The notes under the pieces were generated by a model. It searched no databases and was not told the DNA's origin. It worked only from the letters and a program-made list of their open reading frames with translations. From a virus (lineage: Duplodnaviria; Caudoviricetes), in the IMG/VR virus record IMGVR_UViG_3300024339_000026, positions 1 through 48,167 of that record: 48,167 bases of DNA; one strand, written 5' to 3'. This document shows, piece after piece, positions 35,001-44,390 of the stretch. A program made the position numbers and the translations under genes. Positions within the stretch are counted from its first letter, which is position 1. Every line of letters begins with the position of its first letter.

Positions 35001-36768
35001 TCTGCACCAAGGAGCTGACACCACCTCTGATCTGACTGGCTTCAAGAACGAGGCGAGTAAACACTCCTCATTCAATGGTAGCGATAGCATTTCATTCTCT
35101 GATCAGGCGATATTTTCTGCTGGTGTCGATTCTGTTGATAGCGTAAATCTTCACAATCGTGTTTTTCCGATGAACTTGGTTTGTCTTGACCTCTATAGTG
35201 AGGTTTCATTTTTGCATGAGTTCGCATATGCACGCTTGCCGCTCATAAGGCAAGTTCCAAGAATATATGACCGCTCTCAGTTCCATGATGCTGTAGGTAA
35301 AAACTCCACTCTGCCTGTAAATATTGAGCCGGTAGCCCTTGGCGATGTTTCTGATTGTCATGCAAGACGGAGCATCATGGATCCTTTGTCTCTGAAAGAA
35401 GATATTGCGATCACTCGCTTTGTTCGTCGTACATTTGAAGATGGTTTTTCATTTAGTCACCATACAAAACCTTCAAACCGGATGTTTGGGATCACTGACT
35501 CTTTCTCGGTGACTGACTCTCTGTCTCTGCATGGGAAGCCGAGTCTTTCTGTTGATGGGATTAGCTTCTCTGAAGAAGTGTTAACGAAGCTATTTCCGAC
35601 ATTGATCAAGCTGCGTTTAGAAATCAATACCACCATGGGGTTCGACCACCGTGTTGCATACGAAATAGCGGCTCGGGGTGTTACTCATGAGCTGAACGCT
35701 CTGGATGAGATGTTGTTTGAGATGAAGTCTAGGGTTGAGGCAGCGATAGGGGAGTCTTCTGAGCTTGGCTTCTCATCCGAATTATCCGGCAGTTCCTCCA
35801 TATCAGAAAAGGATGCTGTTGCCTTCTATCAAGATATTGCGAGTCAGTTCACTGGCTTGTCTCTGGATGATGTTGCGGTCTCTGATGCCGTCAATGCTGT
35901 GCGGCGTAGGTTTGGTGAGAGTGATGACGGGTTTTCTTTTTCTGATTTGAGCTACCGACTCATACTGAAGGCGATTGACGATGCAATTGATTTCGTCAGT
36001 ACAACGATCATTGACTCTTCTGCATCTTCCCCGGTTGCATTGCTGGTCGACTTGCGCCACTCCATTGGATCGTTCCTTGATTCCAACAAGAGTGATTACC
36101 TCGTTTTTGATGAGAGAGTCCGGGAGATTCTGGTTCATCGCATCGAGGTTCGTGACCGCTTAACCCTAAATAGTTTGGTCACCAAGGATTTTGCCTCTTC
36201 AACCATAGATCAACTCAATACTGTTATCTCCATGGGGATTGCTCTGGGGGCCGGTGTATCTGAATCAATTTTCTTAAAGGACCGATTCTTCAACAACAGT
36301 TGGTATGTGAGGGAACTGCTTGATCTGTTGGATGCCGGGGCGGTTTCCTTTGCTCCCGGAGGGCTGGATGATGACTTTGGTCTTTCCGAGGATCTACTAA
36401 TTGTTCGTGGTCGTGACATCAAGATGAATCCGGTCGATGTACTGGATTTGGCAAGTTTTGAGGGTTCATTCTCAAACTCTGACTCATTTTCTGTGCTCGA
36501 CAAAGCGCATGTAATGATGGTTTCAGGTGGTGGTTCGGCTGATACACAGCCGCTTGTCGACGAGGCTTGTTTCTCGTTAAGCGGCTCCGCTGAGGATGCT
36601 ATATCAATGTCTGATTCGGTTGTTGCACGCAGGGTGCGGACTGTGACGATTGATACTCGTTTGTCCGTTCCCGATCGGGTGCGGACTGAATCTGATAGTG
36701 ATTCTATGGATGTTGGAGGTTCGCTTATGAATGAGGCTCGATTCAACGAGCGGATGTTTAATGTTTAG
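32029..36768 (+). CDS. Large repetitive Asp/Ser/His-rich fibre-like protein
   Basis: 1579 aa of degenerate short repeats, plus four 80-aa repeats at exact 240-nt spacing. Confidence 0.7.
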   Translation: MPFDGDIDIKDIGVYAKKISELRGYADAAELRVTAALWSISEWAKDQGWNEDQLSLVEYVENLIQLNKNDGLTIHANMLDEVRRWLGRSFGENLGLDDHPVIELIRSTLEYVELSDQVNALVGSAIEDGMPLSEVVDAAGFHLVSHRDNASTDDHIDLHPSLYKWDAVAVTDETVRAISTDHSDLTSFDDDRSTYLRRYVFEAIHLIESVAETSYKAARDLVGFDNELFVLDRKPVREELNLQDRHLVNDHHGVESAIGLSDLMVPRANPGAISLVSIEDKNYKAASKSHSDPVFVADSSRIDLLGTHADDVFLSDEGVLHVTHPSVSGVSLGDSYSLRPESFAVDTAALSDDMWWMYLHARSFHDTLSYRHVTEIKWTKSLIEPVTFKCTVSWSIPNKQMYHTLPIQDPVSLHPDKQTSDDILPSEVLNFVFDSVHSDPVTATDVAARHARVPRFEHVSLGDAAARYLLNVVNDNLPIDDDHEVSISDLSVMADSKNIQDPILFGHVFDKRSKHEWIDQERIRDEQWSHTFASHFDSAALIDAVGSHVLNIINDNLLIDDDHEISVSDLSVFAGRKNISDFLRFLHTHDSYSKHALIEHDRVTDEQRAHTYAPHFNRATLLDAVGSHIKSSINDFLPIDDDHVVSIDDFSEFKGQKGVRDLLIVAAYIEWHTASVRHDTFSFDDDLWSFVYQGTHETAELIDSVGRYVLSNINDTLPVNDDHIVSFVDSLMVGQSKSFVDDLPFADSHASHSMPDRSSAVCVTDDHYRFTNNSEHDPLPISSRVASYLRDHVSTHLGFDSSVGSHVKQISRSKLPFGHDIFQYWMLLSQLYTEMGLGDVLSSHSSHEEHDTPVLDDIIARYDRRIHGPDVVPISDQAVLHPDNRVATGMGFGHRVHTIPLIDHFIYDLLKFGGGVGFDRSHMGEYIFNFIEDAAHTTSRIVSDELGLSCDFQLIAGNGVSDPLGLGDYFMAMPLLRHSIETTLPFSHQLSLHQGADTTSDLTGFKNEASKHSSFNGSDSISFSDQAIFSAGVDSVDSVNLHNRVFPMNLVCLDLYSEVSFLHEFAYARLPLIRQVPRIYDRSQFHDAVGKNSTLPVNIEPVALGDVSDCHARRSIMDPLSLKEDIAITRFVRRTFEDGFSFSHHTKPSNRMFGITDSFSVTDSLSLHGKPSLSVDGISFSEEVLTKLFPTLIKLRLEINTTMGFDHRVAYEIAARGVTHELNALDEMLFEMKSRVEAAIGESSELGFSSELSGSSSISEKDAVAFYQDIASQFTGLSLDDVAVSDAVNAVRRRFGESDDGFSFSDLSYRLILKAIDDAIDFVSTTIIDSSASSPVALLVDLRHSIGSFLDSNKSDYLVFDERVREILVHRIEVRDRLTLNSLVTKDFASSTIDQLNTVISMGIALGAGVSESIFLKDRFFNNSWYVRELLDLLDAGAVSFAPGGLDDDFGLSEDLLIVRGRDIKMNPVDVLDLASFEGSFSNSDSFSVLDKAHVMMVSGGGSADTQPLVDEACFSLSGSAEDAISMSDSVVARRVRTVTIDTRLSVPDRVRTESDSDSMDVGGSLMNEARFNERMFNV

Positions 36769-36779
36769 GAGATCAGTAA

Positions 36780-37520
36780 ATGATCAAAGATTTGATGGGC
36801 CTCAAAGGTCACGTTGCCGTCGAAAAAAACGGCATTCTGGTTGTTGAGAAAAACAATCTTGTTGTTTTAACGGGTCGTGAGTGGGTTGCTGCTCGCTTCA
36901 ACCTCGAAGGCAATGGCTCTAGTTCAAATGCGGCTTATGATCAGGATTTGGATGGAACAAATGGTATCGGTAACCGTACAAACGGTGATATTCACTATAT
37001 GTCCATCGGCTCTGGTGATAAAGCTGGCAACAGCGCATTGCTTGATGCCAATGGTGCAGCCTTCCCTGTCGGGCGTGGCGTATACGCGGACACAGGCCAA
37101 GCGTATGCTGCTGTTGACCCCGAGGAGATCGATGTTGATCTTCAGAACGAGGTTGACCGTGTTGAGCTGGGAACCATGGATGCAGTTGGCCCAGACAGTA
37201 AATACTATGGCGGTTTCGTGATGGGAGACAAGGTTCAGTATGTAGCAGAGTTCTGGCCTGACACTCGCTTCGGCACGCCTATGGGCATGCAAGAGGGGCA
37301 GTTCCAGCCGATCGTTGAGGCTGGTCTACACTGTCATGGACTAGATCTGTCTGGGGCTGCTGATTATGAAACTGATACTGGTCGCTCTGCTGTTCTGGGT
37401 AATTCTTCATTCTCCCAACCTGTTGATGATCGCATGGTTGCACGCGTGATTTTCCCGGTGATCTCGAAGGGACCGCTGGATATGATTCGGATCACATGGA
37501 CCATAACAGTCGGCGGCTAG
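36780..37520 (+). CDS. Conserved phage structural protein
   Basis: LKGHV..KNNLVVLTG..YMSIGSG..IVEAGL..ARVIFPVISK..ITWTIT. Confidence 0.65.
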   Translation: MIKDLMGLKGHVAVEKNGILVVEKNNLVVLTGREWVAARFNLEGNGSSSNAAYDQDLDGTNGIGNRTNGDIHYMSIGSGDKAGNSALLDANGAAFPVGRGVYADTGQAYAAVDPEEIDVDLQNEVDRVELGTMDAVGPDSKYYGGFVMGDKVQYVAEFWPDTRFGTPMGMQEGQFQPIVEAGLHCHGLDLSGAADYETDTGRSAVLGNSSFSQPVDDRMVARVIFPVISKGPLDMIRITWTITVGG

Positions 37521-37536
37521 ACCGCTGCTCTATAAG

Positions 37537-37562
37537 AGGGGCGCATCACGCGCCCCTTTTTG
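37537..37562 (+). terminator. Rho-independent terminator
   Basis: AGGGGCGC-atcac-GCGCCCCT followed by Ts. Confidence 0.7.
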
Positions 37563-37600
37563 ATTTAACTGTAAAAAATTAAATACTCAGAGGAGTTACC

Positions 37601-40132
37601 ATGAATCGATTACGATTTGAGAACGCGGTCAAGTCAAAGTTGGCTGCAGCGATTGAGTCTGATAGTCAGACAGAAATTGCTATTGAGGGGCCAGAGCTGT
37701 TTCCAGTTCTGGAGGAAGGAGACTTCTATTTCGTTACTGTAGTGGAGGGGAGCGCCCCCAATGAGGTTGTGGAGGTGATGAAGGTCACTGGACAATCTGG
37801 AGAGCTGCTGACCGTTGCACGTGGTCAGGATGGCACTGATGCTCGTTCTTTCAATGTAACTGCTCGTATTGAGATGCGCGTTAATGCAGGAATCATGCGT
37901 CACTTGATTGATGAGCGTCTGGCTCTCGAGGCCCGAACAATTGAGGCCGATGCTGTGTTGCAAGCCAATATCGACGAACAAGCGGCTAATGTCGGTGGAG
38001 CTACTGCTCAGATTGTCTCCTCGGCAATCCGCACACTACTGGTTGATGAAACTCAGGCTATTACTGCTGGTTCTTCCGTGGTGTTCAGCCATATTGCTGA
38101 CCCCGCACTATTGCGTTCCATATTTGTTGAAAAATATGTGGATGGTCAAACTACTCCTGTCGTCCTTGAAGGTGCCGATGGCCCTATTTTGGCTGCAGGA
38201 GAAACAGAGTTACCTATGTCGGTGGGACTCAGTGTTGTTGAATCGATCACTCAAGCTGCAATTAATGGAGTGGGCGCAACTACAGCAATCTCATTCGATG
38301 GCGGTGCAACATATTCTGCATTCTCTAATAACCACGGAACAGTTATTGTTCCTGAAGGGGCTACCACCCTAAAAGTTAAAGCGAGTCTCGGGGAAGTTCC
38401 CGACCTCATGAGTCGTGGTACCACTCAAATAGTAGGCGCGGATGGTGTTATAGGTGCTTGGACTGCAACTTGGAATGCTTTATGTAGTGTCACTCTTGAG
38501 GAGGGCATGCACTTCGAGTTCGAGACACTGTCTATAGGTCAGGGGTGGATAGGTGTGGCAGATGGTATTGTTACTGGATATAGAGGCGGCGGGTCAGTTC
38601 TTGCTGGTGGATGGAATCACTGGTTTGGGAACATATTAACTACTGGAGACATCGCCACTATCGATATCGTTGGCACTTCCGCTGTTTGTAAGTTGAATGG
38701 TGTAGTTTCTAAAACAATGGATTTTAGTGCTTACGCTGATCCATGTGTGTTCGTGATGTCGGAAGTTGCGAACAGGTTTAAAATTATCCAATCAATACCG
38801 TCCTTCACCTCCGTCACGTTCGATAAAACCGACCGTCCTTCTTGGTTGATCGACAACGATAGCCATTGGTCTGCAGAGTTGGCCTCTGCAACAGTCACAA
38901 CACTGACGAATATTTCCAGCGAAGATAAGAATGCCCGTATCCGTATCGGTGCTACCGGGTTCCTTCGTTACGGATTCGATAAGGCTCTTACTCCCGGCGG
39001 CTCCGCGTTGCTTCAACTTCCTGTGTCTCATGGGGGGCAGGCGAGTATTCGCATGAAGCAGTTTAAGGACAGTACCTCCTTAACTGACAATCGTTGGGAC
39101 TTTGATGTTCAGGATTCCGATAACTGGAGTGGTGGACGTTTTACTGATGGCATGATTGGCTTGCCTGAAGCGGCTGCAGCAGTTCTGGCTACAGGTGTGC
39201 GTGCGGCAGCAGAGGTGTTCGCTTGGGATTATGGTGTGGCTAGTGCAGGATTTAACCCTATCGGTTTCTGGAAGGGTCAACTGTCAGATGCTATTGGTGG
39301 CCTAATGCTTAGTATTGCCCCCAATAACTTCATGTACCTCGACGCTGGTGTTGGTAAGACTTTTGTTGTCGGCGATATGCAGGTATGTGGATATGGTCTT
39401 GGTGGTTTGGGTACCGGCCCGTTCACAGTCGATGTATCAGACGATTTCGAGGAGTGGACTCGTGTTGGTGAGCTGACAGATCATATTGATACTGTATATG
39501 ATGCAACTCACCATACCGTTGTCCCGATGAATGGTTCTGGTAGACACATCCGTATTGCTATTACTGCAGCTCGTCGATATGACGGCGTGACAGGCAATAT
39601 CATGATGGGTAATAGCAATAATACCTACAGTGTCCCTGCACCTTGGGATCTGGATATCATTGAGGTCACATACGATCCTTCTGCGATTGTTCAGTCCGTA
39701 TCGTCTATACCAACATCGTTCGCGGATACGCTCAACTCTATTGCTGTAACGGACAATAAGCCTACGGGTACAGATGTTCGCTACGCTCTCAGCTTTGACG
39801 GCAAAGCCACGTGGAAAACTAACGGTAATGCGGTCCTTAGCGAGAATGAGATCCCTACATCTGGAATGACTACCGAGGAACTTGCTGCATTTGACTTCTC
39901 TGGGGTATCAATTGGTGACACATTAGATGTTGCTATTGGTATGTCTACGAGCAATTTGTCTGCTTCTCCTTCTGTTGACCATATCTCGCTGAGTATGACG
40001 ACTCGTGGTGCCTATATGTACACGTCGATCAATCCAGAGACGATCATGATGTTTGATGAGGGCGATACAGCTATTCGGGTTGTTAATAACTTGGATACTG
40101 ATCAGACGTTGAAAATCATTGTAGAGGTATAG
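37601..40132 (+). CDS. Putative fibre / receptor-binding protein
   Basis: Fibre-type N-terminus (LTVARGQDGT); beta-rich body; repeated SFDG motifs. Confidence 0.65.
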   Translation: MNRLRFENAVKSKLAAAIESDSQTEIAIEGPELFPVLEEGDFYFVTVVEGSAPNEVVEVMKVTGQSGELLTVARGQDGTDARSFNVTARIEMRVNAGIMRHLIDERLALEARTIEADAVLQANIDEQAANVGGATAQIVSSAIRTLLVDETQAITAGSSVVFSHIADPALLRSIFVEKYVDGQTTPVVLEGADGPILAAGETELPMSVGLSVVESITQAAINGVGATTAISFDGGATYSAFSNNHGTVIVPEGATTLKVKASLGEVPDLMSRGTTQIVGADGVIGAWTATWNALCSVTLEEGMHFEFETLSIGQGWIGVADGIVTGYRGGGSVLAGGWNHWFGNILTTGDIATIDIVGTSAVCKLNGVVSKTMDFSAYADPCVFVMSEVANRFKIIQSIPSFTSVTFDKTDRPSWLIDNDSHWSAELASATVTTLTNISSEDKNARIRIGATGFLRYGFDKALTPGGSALLQLPVSHGGQASIRMKQFKDSTSLTDNRWDFDVQDSDNWSGGRFTDGMIGLPEAAAAVLATGVRAAAEVFAWDYGVASAGFNPIGFWKGQLSDAIGGLMLSIAPNNFMYLDAGVGKTFVVGDMQVCGYGLGGLGTGPFTVDVSDDFEEWTRVGELTDHIDTVYDATHHTVVPMNGSGRHIRIAITAARRYDGVTGNIMMGNSNNTYSVPAPWDLDIIEVTYDPSAIVQSVSSIPTSFADTLNSIAVTDNKPTGTDVRYALSFDGKATWKTNGNAVLSENEIPTSGMTTEELAAFDFSGVSIGDTLDVAIGMSTSNLSASPSVDHISLSMTTRGAYMYTSINPETIMMFDEGDTAIRVVNNLDTDQTLKIIVEV

Positions 40133-40136
40133 GGGG

Positions 40137-40174
40137 ATGGGTGCTGCCTCGATGTATTGTGTGGCAGCACCCAT
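40137..40174 (+). terminator. Intergenic hairpin, probable terminator
   Basis: ATGGGTGCTGCC...GGCAGCACCCAT, 12-bp perfect stem. Confidence 0.5.
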
Positions 40175-40182
40175 TTATATAG

Positions 40183-40773
40183 ATGCAACAGATAGTAATA
40201 CCTGAAAGATTTTCAGAAGAGGGGCAGCATAGACTTAACGGTACTATTGCTGGGAATATTGATTGCTTAAACGAGCGTCAAAATCGTTCTGACAAAGACC
40301 TTGAATGTGAGAAAACTACACGTATCGATAGTGTCACGAAATTAACTGCTGATCTCAATAGGGGCTTAGGCTCTGTCAGGGTGGAGATAAAAGAAGAGCA
40401 CGAGGATTCTCGTCAAAAATACGAGGCAACCAATCATCGTATTGGTAAACGCATCAAATGGGATGACTTCAGAGTCTTTGAAGGTATGCTTTCAACCCAT
40501 ACTGAGTACATCACTAAAAACAAGACAGCTTGGGCTGTCAGCAAAGCGTTTGTTGTTGCTGCGTGGGCGGTGTTTACAGTGATATTCGCCACTCTTTTAC
40601 TCGACACGAAAAGTGATGCACTAACGGAAAAGTCTATTATGAACAAAAGGATTAAGCAGCTCGAAACCTTGATGGATGGTCGATATAACGAGTTCATATC
40701 GGTCAAATCAGAGGTTAACGGCCTTCGTCGTCATGTCCTTAAAAAGGAACATGATCTACATTCCGATAAGTAA
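40183..40773 (+). CDS. Single-TM membrane protein (possible holin-like)
   Basis: One hydrophobic segment AFVVAAWAVFTVIFATLLL. Confidence 0.55.
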   Translation: MQQIVIPERFSEEGQHRLNGTIAGNIDCLNERQNRSDKDLECEKTTRIDSVTKLTADLNRGLGSVRVEIKEEHEDSRQKYEATNHRIGKRIKWDDFRVFEGMLSTHTEYITKNKTAWAVSKAFVVAAWAVFTVIFATLLLDTKSDALTEKSIMNKRIKQLETLMDGRYNEFISVKSEVNGLRRHVLKKEHDLHSDK

Positions 40774-40816
40774 TTTCTGTGGATTTTAATATTTAACCTA
40801 AAAATGGAGAAATGTC

Positions 40817-41002
40817 ATGCTTGATTTTGATTTAGAAGCAATATTTTCGGTGGTCACTGCGGTTATTGCCGCAGCTTCTGCTATAACCGCGTTGACCAAG
40901 ACCCCTAGTGATGACAGGTTGGTTGGTAAGATTTACAGGGTTGTTGAGATGTTTGCTCTGGTCACAGGGCGTGCTAAAGAAACCGCTAAAAAGAGTGATT
41001 GA
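40817..41002 (+). CDS. Small holin-like membrane protein
   Basis: VTAVIAAASAITALTKTPSDD..KIY..FAL; basic C-terminus. Confidence 0.6.
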   Translation: MLDFDLEAIFSVVTAVIAAASAITALTKTPSDDRLVGKIYRVVEMFALVTGRAKETAKKSD

Positions 41003-41045
41003 GCAGAGTCGTGACCTTAGATTTGTCCTCTGAAACGGAGGACGT

Positions 41046-41804
41046 ATGTCTATTTTTTCGACTGTAAATATTGCTGAAGAGATTTCAAGAGAGCGGCTTT
41101 CTCTGTTGTCTCAGAATTATGTAGATGTATCCAAGATTGATGCTGGCTACTTGGAGGAGATCGTTCTTTCGAGTGAGGCAGAGGTAGAGCACCGATTGAT
41201 GGTACCGTTGTCTCCGGTGGAGATATTTCCGCACAACCCCACCGCTGAAGAGCTGGAGGATATTGGCGATAAACCGTGGAAAGTAGAACCCGGATACGAT
41301 CTTCCTCCGGGGCACTTTACTCCGGGCCGTTGGGGAATGTTGAGATTGCGGATACGCCCGATTATCAGCGTGCACAGCATGTCTCTGGTTCATCCCACGA
41401 CTCGTTCAACGGTCTATGAGGTTCCGGAGTCATGGATTATTCCTGATCATGCTGCGGGGACTGTTACCGTTCTGCCATCAACGGATATTGCGAACGGTCA
41501 TCTATCCATGTTTTTACTGCAGGCCATTTCATCTGGATATGAAATCCCTCACATTATCCGGGTCCGTTATACGGCGGGCCTCAAGGATGTGCATGGGGAT
41601 TATCCTCAGATACCGAGCTTGATTAAGCAGCTGGCTGTTGCTCGCTTGATTGAGGGTTCGATTCTCCCACAGTCTGGCTCTATTTCAGGTGATGGCTTAT
41701 CAGAATCATTCTCTACTGACATATCTAAGACCATTGAAACCATTGAAGCCCGGATTGATCGTTTACGTGATCGTATTCTTGGGCCTAGAATTGTTTTTGC
41801 CTGA
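41046..41804 (+). CDS. Head-tail adaptor (neck) protein
   Basis: RPIISV..IRVRYTAGL..SISGDGLSESFS. Confidence 0.7.
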   Translation: MSIFSTVNIAEEISRERLSLLSQNYVDVSKIDAGYLEEIVLSSEAEVEHRLMVPLSPVEIFPHNPTAEELEDIGDKPWKVEPGYDLPPGHFTPGRWGMLRLRIRPIISVHSMSLVHPTTRSTVYEVPESWIIPDHAAGTVTVLPSTDIANGHLSMFLLQAISSGYEIPHIIRVRYTAGLKDVHGDYPQIPSLIKQLAVARLIEGSILPQSGSISGDGLSESFSTDISKTIETIEARIDRLRDRILGPRIVFA

Positions 41805-42430
41805 TGCAGTTTTCACCTGACCGTTTCAACAAACTGATCAATGGTCGCGCCCAAAGCATGGAGTGGCGCAAGGGTTACGCATGTCCATGTGTCAGCCGGT
41901 CGTCTGGTGCAGCAGCCCCAAACTGCCCACACTGCCATGGAAAGGGAACCCTCTGGGATGATGCTATTCCGGGGTTGGCAGCTCTCACCGAGCGTGACAC
42001 GCTGCGTCAGTGGAAAGATTTCGGCATGTTGGACTCGGGCGATGTGGTGATGATCATATCGTCTGATTCTGTACTTTACGATATTGGTCAAAATGACCGA
42101 GTTATCATGAAGAACCGTACCGTACCGTTTTCCCTGAATTTGGTTTCAGGTGTTCGAGATACGCTACGTCTGCCTGTTGTCTCTCTGGACCGAATTTTTT
42201 GGTTTCTCGAGGATGGAAGTCTTAGTGATGGAGAGATTCCCGACATCACTCCTGATGGTGTTATGGATTTCAGATATCCACCGCCACCAGACACCACCTA
42301 TTCGGTTACGGGTCGTCAGAATCCAGAGTATTTTGTTTGGACCTCTCTGCCCGCTGATCGGCCTCACCACCAAGGGGCACGATTACCCCGGCGAGTAGTA
42401 TTGAGAAAGTGGGATCTGTACGGGCGTTAA
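41804..42430 (+). CDS. Neck / head-closure protein with Zn motif
   Basis: CPC...CPHCHGKG, as in SPO1/Twort-type neck genes. Confidence 0.65.
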   Translation: MQFSPDRFNKLINGRAQSMEWRKGYACPCVSRSSGAAAPNCPHCHGKGTLWDDAIPGLAALTERDTLRQWKDFGMLDSGDVVMIISSDSVLYDIGQNDRVIMKNRTVPFSLNLVSGVRDTLRLPVVSLDRIFWFLEDGSLSDGEIPDITPDGVMDFRYPPPPDTTYSVTGRQNPEYFVWTSLPADRPHHQGARLPRRVVLRKWDLYGR

Positions 42431-43233
42431 TAGAAAACGTGTGATGCTATTGAGGCTGCAGCCTCTTCAAAATTTGGCTTCATATCTCTAGCGACACCTT
42501 GTGCGATATATTTCCCCGGCTTTGGCGAGGTGATCCATTTATCTGTCTGCCATTCGCCCATAATTCTGAATGTCATGTACTGTGTGTGACCACCAATCCC
42601 CATCTTCACCATATTGGAGTATATGTCAGTGGTGTGGTGTGGCTTCATCTTGGGTACCGTTCCTGATGGCAGTCGTCCTCCCCACTTGTATTGGCTTTGA
42701 TTGACCGTCAGGTGTTTCTTGGTGTGGATATCCATTGCCCCGGTCCCGCTGAGCCTTTTACCTTGTCCTGCAACCCGGCTTCTCGTTAAACCTTTCGCCA
42801 TTTGGTATACATGCTTCGGCATTGCCGGGGCGTGTGCAGAGTTTCCCGGAGTGTTGTGCCTAAATGGAATGATCAGATATCTCTGGCCTGCGTGTTGACC
42901 GCCTTTGGCTACCCGTACTTTTAGGCTTGTATCCAGCATCCTCTTCATATCTTTTGCTGGACGGCCTTTCTCTATCTCTCCTGCATACCGGTACTCTGTA
43001 GACACCTCATGATATAGGTTGTGGACCTTTGCGATCTCGAGAGAGTGCACGTAGTCATGTTTCTCTTTGGCCCAGATACCATTGGCGTGCATGACTTTCT
43101 GCCCCCAGCGGTTGTGGACCTCTACAGCGGTTTGGGCAACCAGTGTTCCGATATGCGTGGTCACCTGAAGGCCAATTGAATCTAGGCCTGCATAGAGGTG
43201 CGTGAAGTCAACGTGTAGATTGTGATGTGCCAT
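42427..43233 (-). CDS. Neck/tail-completion-like protein in inverted orientation
   Basis: YAGEIEKG..DMK..YLIIPFRH..IYSNMVK..YMTFR..W..P. Confidence 0.7.
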   Translation of the reverse strand: MAHHNLHVDFTHLYAGLDSIGLQVTTHIGTLVAQTAVEVHNRWGQKVMHANGIWAKEKHDYVHSLEIAKVHNLYHEVSTEYRYAGEIEKGRPAKDMKRMLDTSLKVRVAKGGQHAGQRYLIIPFRHNTPGNSAHAPAMPKHVYQMAKGLTRSRVAGQGKRLSGTGAMDIHTKKHLTVNQSQYKWGGRLPSGTVPKMKPHHTTDIYSNMVKMGIGGHTQYMTFRIMGEWQTDKWITSPKPGKYIAQGVARDMKPNFEEAAASIASHVFY

Positions 43234-43248
43234 ATGCGAATGATAATC

Positions 43249-43273
43249 TCACGACAAGTCGTGACGGCACAGT
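43249..43273. promoter_or_regulatory. Back-to-back putative late promoters (TCACGAC-aa-GTCGTGA)
   Basis: Inverted pair of the GTCGTGA motif, each followed by N3-YANNNT and an ATG 6-7 nt later. Confidence 0.65.
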
Positions 43274-43280
43274 TCACTCC

Positions 43281-44144
43281 ATGCCACTATCTCTAGTTAA
43301 ATCATATCCTGTAGGCAATGCCATACAGATTATATTTCGTCCTGTTTTGGGGGCTTCAAAATCCAGACTTCTGAGAAAACAGGGTTTTGCTGCTGCCGCA
43401 TGGAATGATCCGTCTGCCACTCTGATTCACGAGGGCACTGGTCCGGTTGTTATTGATACCGATGGAATTGTTAATGGGGATACTTACATTTACCGCCTGT
43501 TTTCTCTGGTCAGAGGAGATTGGGTTGAGGATGGTTCCTCCCTTAACGGTACTGCTGAATGTCTGTTCGATGATGAAAGTGCAGATGTGCTCACTATTAT
43601 TCGTGATCGGTTGTTTCTGGGGTTTGCTTCTCTTATTTCCAATGGTGTACTCACCCCAGACAGTGGGGCCATTTCAGTTCTGACAGCACCCCCTATATTC
43701 ACTGAGGTGCAGATGCCGGTTGTTACAGTGCACGTTCGCAGTGACTCCTCTGACGAATTCGGTATTGGTGATGAATTTCTTGCTGATTCACGTATGGAGG
43801 ATGGCTCATGGGTAGAGTACCCCGGCTTTCTGTCTCGCTACTCGATTGAGATCGTGTGTTGGTCTCTAAATCCTGACGAGCGTATTCAGATGCGCCAGTT
43901 AATCAAGGCTTTACTGCTCTCTAATTTTTCGATTTTTGATAACTACGGGATCGTTGAAATAAATATGTCCCATAGTGACAGTGAAGATTTTGAGAGCTAT
44001 TCGTCTCCTGTATATCAGGTCGTGACAACACTATCTTGCTTGGCTCCTGCATTGATAGCGGGTTACGTGTCTCAAGTCAGTAAGGTTGAAATGATTCCAA
44101 ACTGTTCAGAGACTGCTTACGAGATTGAGGTTACAGATGGCTAG
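43281..44144 (+). CDS. Tail terminator / completion protein
   Basis: Position before the sheath; MPVVTV..IEIVCWSLNPDER. Confidence 0.55.
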   Translation: MPLSLVKSYPVGNAIQIIFRPVLGASKSRLLRKQGFAAAAWNDPSATLIHEGTGPVVIDTDGIVNGDTYIYRLFSLVRGDWVEDGSSLNGTAECLFDDESADVLTIIRDRLFLGFASLISNGVLTPDSGAISVLTAPPIFTEVQMPVVTVHVRSDSSDEFGIGDEFLADSRMEDGSWVEYPGFLSRYSIEIVCWSLNPDERIQMRQLIKALLLSNFSIFDNYGIVEINMSHSDSEDFESYSSPVYQVVTTLSCLAPALIAGYVSQVSKVEMIPNCSETAYEIEVTDG

Positions 44145-44379
44145 TCAAAGTTCAGTGAAAGAAGGGGTTAGGGTCGACTCGGAGGTTCGTGCTTCGAAAC
44201 GTCAAGTTTCTAAAAAGAATGTCTCTCTAAAAGATTTTTGTATGGGGCTTTCTGCTCGTGATAGTCGTGTTGAGTTGATCGGTGCCTTTGAATCGCAAGA
44301 GCGTAACTTGGGCCATGAAAAGGATGAAGCGCTGCTGTTCGAGCAGCGTTTTAATAAATTCTGCAATATGCCGGTATAG
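44137..44379 (+). CDS. Small hypothetical protein before the sheath
   Basis: GAGG RBS; ends F.KF.NMPV. Confidence 0.6.
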   Translation: MASQSSVKEGVRVDSEVRASKRQVSKKNVSLKDFCMGLSARDSRVELIGAFESQERNLGHEKDEALLFEQRFNKFCNMPV

Positions 44380-44390
44380 GAGGCTAAGGT

